A DNA stretch of 64,000 nucleotides from the NCBI GenBank assembly GCA_000438075.1, contig FR903540.1, forward strand, positions 14,086 through 78,085. The letters are read 5' to 3'. Source of the DNA: Clostridium sp. CAG:609. Its GTDB lineage: Bacteria; Bacillota_I; Bacilli_A; RF39; UBA660. Made by a program: the position numbers and the translations under genes. The notes under the pieces were generated by a model. That model was not told where the DNA came from. It did no database searches and worked only from the letters and a program-made list of their open reading frames with translations. Below, piece after piece: positions 38,932 through 48,234 of the stretch; position 1 is the first letter of the stretch, and each line of letters begins with the position of its first letter.

Positions 38932-39414
38932 TTGAAGAATGTGGTATATAATAATGATAATATAAGTAGTAAAGAAGTTACAGAACTTGTTGTAAGAGCT
39001 AAAGGGATTCTTATAAGTAATGGTTATCTTTTACTTGCTAATGAAGATGGAACACTACAATTTCCAGGGGGGCACTTAGAAGAAAACGAGACTTTGTAAG
39101 AATGTCTTCTGAGGAAATTACAAGAAGAAACGGGTATTAAACTGAAAGATATTAAATTAAAATCATTTATGAAAATAACTTATTATAATAAAAATTATCA
39201 TAATAGTGTAAATAATAGAAAGAATGATATTTATTATTATGTTATTAGAACTGTTGAAAAAGTTAATTTAAATAATATTAATTTAACTGATGGAGATATC
39301 GATGGTAATTTTACTGTAAGAGTGATTCCTTTAGATAATGTAAAACAAGTTTTAATTGATAGTATAAAAGATAATCCAATTAATGAAGTTATTGTTAAAG
39401 AGATGAATGCTTAG
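38932..39414 (+). pseudogene. NUDIX hydrolase pseudogene (in-frame TAA inside the Nudix box)
   Basis: Reads ...FPGGHLEENETL*ECLLRKLQEETGI... with TAA at 39097-39099. The RE of REUxEE is changed to RK. Only the distal part (39169-39414) appears as an ORF in the track. Confidence 0.65.
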
Positions 39415-39482
39415 TTATTCAAAAGAGTAAGAAGCAATTTATAAAGAAAGTTATTAAATAAATATTAAGAAAGAAGTGTGTT

Positions 39483-40658
39483 ATGAAAGGTAATTTACAA
39501 GAAATATTTGAAAAAGAAAATCTAATTGTACCAGATTATAATAAATTAAATTTGGTTAATTTAGTACGTACTTTATATAATAGATATGATGCTAATTATG
39601 AAATAGATAAAAATATGAAGTATATTGATAAGTTAATACCAAAGAGTAAGCATACATTGTTTATTTTAATTGATGGAATGGGTAGTAATTTGGTTGCATC
39701 ACTTGATGATGAGACAATAATAAAGAAAAATAAAATATGTGATATGTTAACTGTTAGTCCAAGTACTACTGGATGTGTTTTAACTTCTTTAGCAACTGGA
39801 GAATATCCGAATAAACATGGTATTATTGGTTGGTATAGTCATAATAGAGAAAACAATATTGATTATTATCCATTGTTATTTGCAGATAGAAAAAATGAAA
39901 AAAGCTTAGAGTGTTATGGTATTAAATCATCTGATATATTTAAATGTGAATCTATGTTAAATAAGTTAAAAAGGGTGTTATATCCAAAATATATTTGTGA
40001 TAGTATTTATTCTAAGTTTGTTGCAGATGATTCAAAAAGAATTGGTTATGATGATTATGATGAAGTATCAATGATTATAAAAAAAATAACTAATAGTAAT
40101 GAAGATACATTTACTTATCTTTATATACCTAATATAGATAATTTGGAACATGAAAATGGCGTTTATTCGGATATAGTTAAGGATGAAATGGGTAAGATTA
40201 ATAATATGTTAAATAGTTTATCTGATATAAATGATTTAACTATTGTTATTACTGCAGATCATGGTCAAATTAATATAGACCATGATGTAATTATGGATTT
40301 TTCAAAGTATAAAAATTACTTTTATGGATTACCGGGTATTGATTTTGCTACAGCTATATATTATGTAAAGAGTGAAATGAAAGAAAGTTTTGAGTACGTA
40401 TTTAATAAAGATTTTAAAGATAGAATGTATTTATTTAAAACCGAAGAATTTTTAGAAAATAATATATTTGGTTTAGGTGATGCATCAAGTTATTTTAAAA
40501 TTAATATGGGTGAATATGTAAGCATTTGTAAAAATGGTTATTGTTTTATAAATTCAGAAAATACATATGAGTATCTAGGGACTATTTTAGGCAATCACTC
40601 TGGATTTAGTAAAGATGAAATGTTTATACCTTTAGTAGTTATTAATAATAAAAAGTAA
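39483..40658 (+). CDS. alkaline-phosphatase-superfamily protein (nucleotide pyrophosphatase/phosphodiesterase-like)
   Basis: LIDGMG...SPSTTGCVLTSLATGEYPNKHGI...ITADHGQ, metal-ligand and nucleophile blocks of the AP superfamily. Confidence 0.75.
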   Translation: MKGNLQEIFEKENLIVPDYNKLNLVNLVRTLYNRYDANYEIDKNMKYIDKLIPKSKHTLFILIDGMGSNLVASLDDETIIKKNKICDMLTVSPSTTGCVLTSLATGEYPNKHGIIGWYSHNRENNIDYYPLLFADRKNEKSLECYGIKSSDIFKCESMLNKLKRVLYPKYICDSIYSKFVADDSKRIGYDDYDEVSMIIKKITNSNEDTFTYLYIPNIDNLEHENGVYSDIVKDEMGKINNMLNSLSDINDLTIVITADHGQINIDHDVIMDFSKYKNYFYGLPGIDFATAIYYVKSEMKESFEYVFNKDFKDRMYLFKTEEFLENNIFGLGDASSYFKINMGEYVSICKNGYCFINSENTYEYLGTILGNHSGFSKDEMFIPLVVINNKK

Positions 40659-40664
40659 AGAACG

Positions 40665-40919
40665 TTATTTATTCTTTACTTTTTCTATTTTTATTGTGTA
40701 ACCAATTGGTCCAAGTATTTTAAGTAGACTTAATATTGATGGGGAAGATGTACCACATTCAATTCTAGCTATTTTTTCTCTAGATACTCCGGAATACTTG
40801 GAAAATAAATCTTGTGTTAAGTTATTTTCTTTTCTAAAACTTATGAATTCTTTTATAAATATTTCATTTAATTCTTCTGGGTTATAAGCTACTTCAATAT
40901 AATTTTTATCATAATCCAT
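40665..40919 (-). CDS. XRE-family helix-turn-helix regulator
   Basis: 84 aa; LTQDLFSKYSGVSREKIARIECG HTH; divergent from the adenylate-forming enzyme gene. Confidence 0.8.
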   Translation of the reverse strand: MDYDKNYIEVAYNPEELNEIFIKEFISFRKENNLTQDLFSKYSGVSREKIARIECGTSSPSILSLLKILGPIGYTIKIEKVKNK

Positions 40920-41022
40920 ATGTTCTCACCAACTATATTGTATCAAATATGATACTAAAAGTCAATGAAACTATTGTAAATTAGTACGAAATTTTGTATA
41001 ATTTTACTTAGGTGAAGGAAAT

Positions 41023-42741
41023 ATGGAAAAATTTTATGATTATTATACGAAAGAAATCAAAGAAGATTCATTACCTGTTGGAAATGAATATGACTTTCTA
41101 CTTGAAAGAAACAAAAATTATATGAATAATGTTGCATTATCTTTTGATGCAAAAAAAATCACTTATGAAGAATTACATGAAAGAATCGATGAATTTGCTC
41201 GTGCACTATACAAAAGAGGTATAAGAAAGGGTACTTGTGTTGGTGCTGTTTTAGTTAATACACCAGAATCTGTATATTTATTGTATGCATTAAAAAAACT
41301 TGAAGCTCAAGTAGTGGGGCTTAGTCCTTTGAATAATGAATACAAAATGCAAAGAGATATTGAAATGACTAAACCTGAATTTATTATTTCTGTTGATATG
41401 ATGTATGGAAATTTTAAAAATCCTGCTAGGAATTTAAATATTACTCCAATACTTTATTCTCCGCTTGAGTCATTAAATAAAAATGGTTTGAAATTTCTTT
41501 ATAATGCTAAACAATTTGTATCTGGAAATAAGATACTTAAAAAGAGTAGTAATTTAATGAATATTGTTAAAGATGGGAAAGATTTTGATGGAGTGGAATA
41601 TCCTGAACATGTTAAAGGAAGTACTACAGATATTATGTTTACTGGTGGTTCTAGTGGTATTCATAAAGGTGTTGATTTAGATGGCGGTGCTTTAAATAGT
41701 GTTGTTAAAGCATTAGATTATGTTTTAGTATTAGAACCTGGTATGGTTCATTTAGGAAATATTCCTTTTGGCCATATGTGTTTTGGTAGATTAGTTCTTC
41801 ATTACTGTTTATGTAAAAATTTGGAATATGCATTAACTTTAAAAGCTATGCCTGAAGATTTTTATAGTGAACTTGTTAGAACTCATGCTAATGGTGCTAT
41901 GGGAGGTCCTGTTCATTGGGAAATTTTAAGTCAAGATAAAAATTTAAAACCTTGGACATTACATAATTTAATTCAACCTTTATCTGGAGGAGAAATGTTT
42001 AAGCCTCAAAAATTAATTGAAGCTAATAAAGCATTAGAATATGCTGGATGTATAACTCCAATTGGAAATGGTTTAGGTTTAACTGAAATGTGGGCACCTA
42101 CTCATGTATGTATTGGAGGCAAAAATACTTCTGGTACTATAGGTTATCCAATTCCATTTGTTAATTCTAAAATTGTAGATCCTAAGACTTTTGAAGATTT
42201 ACCTATTGAAACTCCAGGTGTATTACTTGTTAATGGTCCTGGAATGATGCTTAGATATCATGAAAACGAAGAAGAAACAAATGCTGTATTAGTATATGAT
42301 GAAAATGGTGTTAAATGGTATAATACAAAAGATGTTGCTGTTAAACATGAAAATGGTGAATATGAATTTATTGGTCGTCTTAAGAGAAATTTTGTTTCTG
42401 GTGTAGATAATATTTATCCAGAACAAATTGAACAATTACTTCTTCAAATACCTGAAATTAGAGAAGTTTTAGTTACATCAATACCTGATGATAAAGAACA
42501 ATTCTTACCTAGTTATCATGTTAGTTTAAATGATTTTAATTGTGATAGAAAAGTATTAGAAAATAAAATATTTACATTAATTCAAAATACTTTAGGTACT
42601 AGTGCACTTCCTGGTTATATTGAATATTATGAAAATGCTTTACCAAGAACTGATAATGGTAAGTTAGATCCTAAGGCTATGGAAGAAAAAGATAAAGAAA
42701 GAATTGAAAATAATAATTTAGTTAGAACTAGAGTTAGATAA
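41023..42741 (+). CDS. ANL-superfamily adenylate-forming enzyme (acyl-CoA synthetase-like)
   Basis: 572 aa; TGGSSGIHKG (AMP-binding P-loop variant), GLGLTE, ...TKD...G...GR.K and terminal ...TDNGK(L). Confidence 0.85.
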   Translation: MEKFYDYYTKEIKEDSLPVGNEYDFLLERNKNYMNNVALSFDAKKITYEELHERIDEFARALYKRGIRKGTCVGAVLVNTPESVYLLYALKKLEAQVVGLSPLNNEYKMQRDIEMTKPEFIISVDMMYGNFKNPARNLNITPILYSPLESLNKNGLKFLYNAKQFVSGNKILKKSSNLMNIVKDGKDFDGVEYPEHVKGSTTDIMFTGGSSGIHKGVDLDGGALNSVVKALDYVLVLEPGMVHLGNIPFGHMCFGRLVLHYCLCKNLEYALTLKAMPEDFYSELVRTHANGAMGGPVHWEILSQDKNLKPWTLHNLIQPLSGGEMFKPQKLIEANKALEYAGCITPIGNGLGLTEMWAPTHVCIGGKNTSGTIGYPIPFVNSKIVDPKTFEDLPIETPGVLLVNGPGMMLRYHENEEETNAVLVYDENGVKWYNTKDVAVKHENGEYEFIGRLKRNFVSGVDNIYPEQIEQLLLQIPEIREVLVTSIPDDKEQFLPSYHVSLNDFNCDRKVLENKIFTLIQNTLGTSALPGYIEYYENALPRTDNGKLDPKAMEEKDKERIENNNLVRTRVR

Positions 42742-42767
42742 GCTGCTTAATAGTAGCTTTTCTTGCT
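41363..42767 (+). repeat. copy 1 of the segmental duplication (partner at 49031-50224)
   Basis: The 3' ~1.4 kb of the gene plus its terminator recur downstream. The 5' part has diverged and the last ~400 bp are nearly identical. Confidence 0.9.
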
Positions 42768-42973
42768 CAAGTGAAATTTTAAATTGACCAAAACAGAAAA
42801 ATTTAGTAGTATAGTGGTAATGAACGAGTAAATGGTCCAAAATAGTGTATTTATTTAACTTGTACACTATTAAAAATGTGGTAATTTTAGTTTTTCATTC
42901 CACGTCAAAAAGTGTCGAACACTATAATGTGAATGACTAAATGCACCATTTAAGATGCAATATTATGAATGAT

Positions 42974-44259
42974 TAAATGTGCCATTTTACCCATTCGATA
43001 ATAATAAATAATCTACGCCTAGGCTTTGTTATTTATTATTATCTTTATTGAATAAACTAGGTTTAAGTATGATATCTTCGGGTGAGATAAAGTAGAAACC
43101 TAGTTTTTTTATGTTTTCTTCTCTTATGTTTTCCTTCATTAGATTGTATGGTGTATTACCATTTAATTTTTCTCTTTTAGTATTATTAATATGATTCATC
43201 ATTAAATAAATATCTTCTTTAGAATACTTATCTAAATCAGTACCTTGTTCAATATATCTTCTTATATATTCATGTGTTACTTCAATACTTCCTTTTTGGT
43301 CATTTCTTCTAGAATCACAGAAAAACACTTTAGTTTTAACCACATCCGGACCATTATCTTCGATTAAGTCAGGGCTTTTAAATTCTTTACCGTTGTCAGT
43401 TAATATAACTGGAAATATTTTGTGAAATGTTTCATATCCAAGTATTGCTTTAATTTCATTTATTTTTTGAGTAACCTCAGATATTGTTTGGCTTTCTAAT
43501 TTACAAACAATCATAAAATTAAAAGGTATACAGTTTAAAGTTAGTAAAACAGAGTGTCCTTTTATACTCTCAACAGTATCCATTTCTACATAATACTTAA
43601 TATTGTTAGCCATCTTATAGTTAAGAAAGTCTTGATATGTACGATTGATTCTGCATTCATTTTCTTTTTTTTCACTCTTATTTTTAGATACTTTTCTTTT
43701 TCTTTTGCGATATCTAACAATTCTAGGTAAATCAATATTTTTACAAGATAAATAACCTTTTTCTTGGTAGTAATATAAAGTTCTTTCGGTAATATTAAAT
43801 TCTGGATGATCTGTTACAATCATATAGAATGAATGCCCTTTATCAATTTCTTCTTTGATAATTTTATCCATTTTTCTAAATTCGTCATTTTCAAAATCAA
43901 TACCTTGTCTAGATTCAACTAAAGTTTTATGGTAGTCGTTGTTAGCATTTTCTGCATAATAAAAATAATGATTTTTTTTACACTTATTTTTATTGGGACA
44001 ACCATTATAGACGAATGGAGCTTTCTCAGTTTTATTACATTTTACATTAAAATTATTAAATTGATTTCCTTTAATCAAAATTCTTCTTGATAATATTTCT
44101 ATAGAAATAGTTGTATGAGGTTTACCAATAATTTCACCAATTTTTCTTAGACTATTATTCTCATCAAGATTGCTTTCTATAATTATTCTTTGACTCAAAT
44201 TTAAATGTTTTTCCATTTTAAAAATCTTCTTTCATATAAATGGGTAAAACTGCGATTTA
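42974..44259 (-). mobile_element. IS30-family insertion sequence (~1.29 kb); ends approximate
   Basis: Imperfect terminal inverted repeats TAAATGTGCCATTTTACCCATT (42974-42995) and the reverse complement of 44239-44259 (TAAATCGCAGTTTTACCCATT) flank the transposase gene. Confidence 0.6.
43029..44216 (-). CDS. IS30-family DDE transposase
   Basis: 395 aa; N-terminal HTH (SLRKIGEIIGKPHTTIS); DDE candidates in VEMDTVE, LTDNGKEF, EVTHEYIRRY. Confidence 0.9.
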   Translation of the reverse strand: MEKHLNLSQRIIIESNLDENNSLRKIGEIIGKPHTTISIEILSRRILIKGNQFNNFNVKCNKTEKAPFVYNGCPNKNKCKKNHYFYYAENANNDYHKTLVESRQGIDFENDEFRKMDKIIKEEIDKGHSFYMIVTDHPEFNITERTLYYYQEKGYLSCKNIDLPRIVRYRKRKRKVSKNKSEKKENECRINRTYQDFLNYKMANNIKYYVEMDTVESIKGHSVLLTLNCIPFNFMIVCKLESQTISEVTQKINEIKAILGYETFHKIFPVILTDNGKEFKSPDLIEDNGPDVVKTKVFFCDSRRNDQKGSIEVTHEYIRRYIEQGTDLDKYSKEDIYLMMNHINNTKREKLNGNTPYNLMKENIREENIKKLGFYFISPEDIILKPSLFNKDNNK

Positions 44260-44382
44260 TATTATATAATTTTTTACTAAAATTTCAAGTGTGATAATTG
44301 AAATACTAAATACTCCAGTATTAATTATTGCGGTTCATTTAAAATTTCATTTGAATTTTATCATTTTTTACTTAAAGGGTAC

Positions 44383-44410
44383 TTGACAACTATAAAATTT
44401 ATGGTAGAAT
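44383..44410 (+). promoter_or_regulatory. putative promoter upstream of the rel leader
   Basis: TTGACA (44383-44388), 16-nt spacer, TG-extended TAGAAT (44405-44410). Confidence 0.45.
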
Positions 44411-44441
44411 TAGTATTAAATTATTTTTAAAGGAGAAAGCT

Positions 44442-44564
44442 ATGGAATTAGTAAAAGATTATAATATTGTTACTAAATTAAAAAATAAAAAAAGACACTT
44501 TAATAGTGTGTTTTGTTCATGCTTTCATTGTGTTAAAAATATTGGGTTTAAAGCCGGTCAATAG
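44442..44564 (+). CDS. 40-aa leader ORF (MELVKDYNIVTKLKNKKRHFNSVFCSCFHCVKNIGFKAGQ), speculative
   Basis: RBS AAAGGAG lies 6 nt upstream. The stop sits inside the following terminator hairpin. Confidence 0.3.
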   Translation: MELVKDYNIVTKLKNKKRHFNSVFCSCFHCVKNIGFKAGQ

Positions 44565-44592
44565 AAACATTATGTTTTTGTGACCGGTTTTT
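44554..44592 (+). terminator. terminator/attenuator hairpin directly upstream of the rel RBS
   Basis: Outer stem CCGGTCA/TGACCGG with inner AAACAT/ATGTTT pairing, followed by TTTTT. The rel RBS GGGGAGGAG lies 6 nt further on. Confidence 0.5.
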
Positions 44593-44607
44593 GTTTGGGG
44601 AGGAGTT

Positions 44608-46047
44608 ATGAATTTAGAAGATTTAATTGACTTAGTATCATCATATGATAAAGATAGTGTTGATATTATTGAAAAAGCTTATTATTATGCAGAAAATTTA
44701 CATGATGGTCAATTTAGACAAAGTGGGGAAGCTTATATTAGTCATCCACTTAATGTAGCATATATATTAGCACAAATGCATGCTGATTGCGATACTATTT
44801 GTGCTGGACTTTTACACGATACATTAGAAGATACTAATATTACAAAAGAAGATATATCACATGAATTTAATCAAAGTATTGCTTTATTAGTTGATGGAGT
44901 AACAAAATTATCTAAAATGAATTTTTCATCTAAGCAAGATCAAAATTTTGCTAATACTAGAAAAATAATTACTGGTATTACTGAAGATGTAAGAATTATA
45001 ATTATTAAACTTGCTGATAGACTTCATAATATGAGAACATTGGAGTTTAAATCAGAATTTAAACAAAAAGAGAATGCCTTAGAGACAATGGAAATATTTG
45101 TACCTCTTGCATATTATATTGGAGCTTATAGAATAAAATCAGAGTTAGAAGATCTGTCACTAAAATATTTGAAGCCTGATCAATATAAAGATTTAGAGAA
45201 TAGAAAATTAAAAATTGAAGAAGATTGTAAAGATTGTTTATATGAAATGTATTATAAAATAAAGTCAATTTTAAATGAAAAAAACATTCCAAATGAGATG
45301 AAAATAAGAACTAAAAATATTTATGGAATTTATAAAAAGATTTTATTAGGTCAAAAGATATGTGATATTCATGATTTACTTGCTTTGAAAATAATGGTAT
45401 CTGAAATAAATGAATGTTATTACGCTTTAGGTCTTATTCATAAAGAGTATCATCCGATTAATGATAAATTTAAAGATTATATTTGTAATCCTAAGACAAA
45501 TATGTATCAAAGTTTACATACTACTGTTTTTGGCCCGAATGATAAAATTGTTCAAACACAAATTAGAACATTTGATATGGATAAAGTTGATTCTTTTGGA
45601 TTAACTGCTTATTGGGATATCAAAAGAGGGAATGCAAGATTTGATATGCAAGATGATTTAAAGAAAAAGTATCAATTTTTTAAGTCATTAGTGGAAATAA
45701 ATTCTATGTTTGGGGATAATCAAGAATTTGTTTCACAAGTAAAGCATGAGATATTCTCTGATAAGGTTTATGTATATACGCCGAAAGGAGATATTATAGA
45801 ATTACCTAAAGGTTCAACACCAATAGATTTTGCTTATAAAATACATACTGATGTTGGAAATACTATGGTATATGCTGTGGTTAATGATGAATTTGTATCA
45901 GTGGATTATGTACTTAAAAATAAAGATAGAGTACGAATTATTACTGATAGTTTATCATTTGGACCTAGAAAGGAGTGGTTAGATGTAGCAAAGACAAGTT
46001 TAGCAAAAAAAAGAATAAAAGAGTTTGGGAAGGAAGGAAAATATTAG
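44608..46047 (+). CDS. rel: RelA/SpoT-homolog (p)ppGpp synthetase/hydrolase ending just after the TGS domain
   Basis: 479 aa. HD hydrolase (HPLNVA...LLHDTLEDT), synthetase (RTKNIYGIYKK, YQSLHTTV) and TGS (VYVYTPKGDIIELPKGSTPIDFAYKIH). No ZFD or ACT/RRM region. Confidence 0.85.
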   Translation: MNLEDLIDLVSSYDKDSVDIIEKAYYYAENLHDGQFRQSGEAYISHPLNVAYILAQMHADCDTICAGLLHDTLEDTNITKEDISHEFNQSIALLVDGVTKLSKMNFSSKQDQNFANTRKIITGITEDVRIIIIKLADRLHNMRTLEFKSEFKQKENALETMEIFVPLAYYIGAYRIKSELEDLSLKYLKPDQYKDLENRKLKIEEDCKDCLYEMYYKIKSILNEKNIPNEMKIRTKNIYGIYKKILLGQKICDIHDLLALKIMVSEINECYYALGLIHKEYHPINDKFKDYICNPKTNMYQSLHTTVFGPNDKIVQTQIRTFDMDKVDSFGLTAYWDIKRGNARFDMQDDLKKKYQFFKSLVEINSMFGDNQEFVSQVKHEIFSDKVYVYTPKGDIIELPKGSTPIDFAYKIHTDVGNTMVYAVVNDEFVSVDYVLKNKDRVRIITDSLSFGPRKEWLDVAKTSLAKKRIKEFGKEGKY

Positions 46048-46051
46048 TATA

Positions 46052-47176
46052 ATGATTAAAAATAAAATATATGAAAGTGTTAAAAACAACAATTTAATTA
46101 TAAAAATAACTAATGATGAATATGTTCAAATTAATTTATTAATTAATAAATTGAAACATGAATATAATCTACAATTAGATTATATTCAAAAAAACAAAAA
46201 AAATTTTGATAAAATTTTATTACATAATCAATTAGTAAAAACAACAATTAAAGAAGTTATTGATCATTTTAGCGTAATAAAAAAATATAATGTTTGTGTT
46301 TTTGTTACTGGTAGTTTTGCAAGATGCACTAATAAGTTTAATAGTGATTTAGATTTGCATTTTTGCTATAAAAATATTTATAAAAATATTTTGTTTAAAT
46401 ATGAAGAAATGATATATTATATTTTATTTTCAATATTTAATATTAATAGAGAAAAAGTCCATAATATGATATTGTCTAGATATGAAAATAAAAAAATAGT
46501 TCGAATTATGTCTATTGTTGATAATAATGATTTGATGATTATTTTAAAAAATGATGATAATGAAATTTCTTATAAAATAAATGGTAAACAAAAAAGAAGA
46601 ATATATTCTCAATATCTTAATAAGAAAGATATTAAAACAATGTATAAATATTTAAGAAATGAATTGTTAACTTATAATAGGGAATGGGTGCATACTTTTT
46701 ATGTTTTCTCTAATGATTGGTTATTTACAAAATATTATAAGAAATTATTAATTATTGAAGATAAAAATAAGAGCATAGACAAAATTAATAAAAGAAAAGA
46801 AGATATAGTAACACAAATTGAATTTATAAATAGTATGATTAATACAATTGATAAAGAGAATATATGTGATTTTAAAAAAATGTTTCAAATGGAAGAATTT
46901 AAGTTATTATATAATTATATATCATATAGACGAGATTTATATTTATTATATAATAAAAAATGGGATATGATAGATTTTTCTAATATTGATAACTATTTAA
47001 ATAATGATATTGTTTTCCCTTATATAAAGGATTATATGTATTCATTATTTAATTTAGTAGAGTCTTTTAAAAATGAATATAGTATTCATAAAAGCGGTTA
47101 TATAAATAAGGAATGTTATGATTTACAAATTATTAAATTATTAAGATTAAACAGTTTAATAGGAGGTGTTTTATGA
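46052..47176 (+). CDS. Pol-beta-superfamily nucleotidyltransferase-like protein
   Basis: 374 aa from ATG 46052 (track start 46025). NTase signature VFVTGSFARCTNKFNSDLDLHF (GS-x9-11-DxD). The rest is helical and Asn/Lys/Ile-rich. Confidence 0.6.
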   Translation: MIKNKIYESVKNNNLIIKITNDEYVQINLLINKLKHEYNLQLDYIQKNKKNFDKILLHNQLVKTTIKEVIDHFSVIKKYNVCVFVTGSFARCTNKFNSDLDLHFCYKNIYKNILFKYEEMIYYILFSIFNINREKVHNMILSRYENKKIVRIMSIVDNNDLMIILKNDDNEISYKINGKQKRRIYSQYLNKKDIKTMYKYLRNELLTYNREWVHTFYVFSNDWLFTKYYKKLLIIEDKNKSIDKINKRKEDIVTQIEFINSMINTIDKENICDFKKMFQMEEFKLLYNYISYRRDLYLLYNKKWDMIDFSNIDNYLNNDIVFPYIKDYMYSLFNLVESFKNEYSIHKSGYINKECYDLQIIKLLRLNSLIGGVL

Positions 47177-48234
47177 ATAAGATGGTTATAACTTTACCAA
47201 TTGCACCTTATAAAAATTTTTCTATAGGAAAATTAAGTACTCCTATATTAGCAGAAGCTTTGGCAAAAAAAATTGATGGCAAGTTTTATCTTGCAGTAAA
47301 TTTACTAGATTCTTATAAAGAAAGAAATATTGATGGTTATAAAGAATTATTAGATATGTATGGAATTACTCCTGATGAATTTTGGATAGACAAAGAACAT
47401 ATAAATGATTTGCTTGATTCTATTTATTTTTTAATACAGAATGGTTATATTTACAAAATTAAAAAAGATATGTTATTGTGTAATTGTAAAAAAGTTGAGA
47501 TAGCTAAAGATAATATTTCGTCGATTAATATGATTGATTCATGTTTTCAAATAATTGATGGAGAGTATTATTGTAAGAGTTGTAAAAAAAGGTGTTATAT
47601 ATATGAAAAAGAAGTGCTTGTTCTTGATGCAAGAGCTGTTTATAAGGAAAATATGTTGTTTTTCCCTGATTTTATTAATAAAGATGTGAAAACATTTCAT
47701 AATAATATTGGCATAAATCAAGTAGTTATTAGTCGAGAAAGAAATACTGGTATAAATGTGATATATAATAATAAAAAATATAATATAGATATTGATTTTT
47801 TGTGGGAAATATATTTGTCATTATTTTCTAAAAGTGATAAAATAGTATTATGTTCTAATCATCAATTATTTCAACTCTATATGGTTTTGATGTTGGAAAA
47901 TTGTTTTAATAAAGAGTCAAAGACAATTGGTCTTGCAACCCCTTATATAAATGTTGAAAATTTTGGTATAGAAAAAGAATTAGAAAATAGAATGTTATCA
48001 TTAAAACTTTTTACGTTATTTAATTTTAAATGGAGTAAAAAAGAAAATTCGATTGATATTGGACTATTAAAATATTTGAATAGTATGAATGTTGAAAAAA
48101 AACAACAATTATATCATTTGACAATTAAAGAGAATGCTAATAATTCTATAGAAAATATAAAAGATATATTAATTAAAGATTTTAATTTTCAGTATGCTAA
48201 TGCTGAATTAAAAAGAAGGAGAAAAAATGTATAG
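47173..48234 (+). CDS. degenerate class I aminoacyl-tRNA-synthetase-like catalytic core (MetRS-like), no anticodon-binding domain
   Basis: 353 aa. The order PIAPYKNFSIGKL (HIGH position) ... GITPDEF ... NGYIY ... CNC/CKSC knuckle ... FKWSKKENS (KMSKS position) mirrors MetRS. ATGA overlap with the upstream gene. Confidence 0.5.
   Translation: MNKMVITLPIAPYKNFSIGKLSTPILAEALAKKIDGKFYLAVNLLDSYKERNIDGYKELLDMYGITPDEFWIDKEHINDLLDSIYFLIQNGYIYKIKKDMLLCNCKKVEIAKDNISSINMIDSCFQIIDGEYYCKSCKKRCYIYEKEVLVLDARAVYKENMLFFPDFINKDVKTFHNNIGINQVVISRERNTGINVIYNNKKYNIDIDFLWEIYLSLFSKSDKIVLCSNHQLFQLYMVLMLENCFNKESKTIGLATPYINVENFGIEKELENRMLSLKLFTLFNFKWSKKENSIDIGLLKYLNSMNVEKKQQLYHLTIKENANNSIENIKDILIKDFNFQYANAELKRRRKNV

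Noticed and set aside
39097-39099. In-frame TAA in the second NUDIX gene as programmed read-through or recoding
   Set aside because: TAA is used as an ordinary stop throughout the window. The Nudix box also carries a damaging RE-to-RK change, so decay (or a sequencing error) is the simpler explanation.
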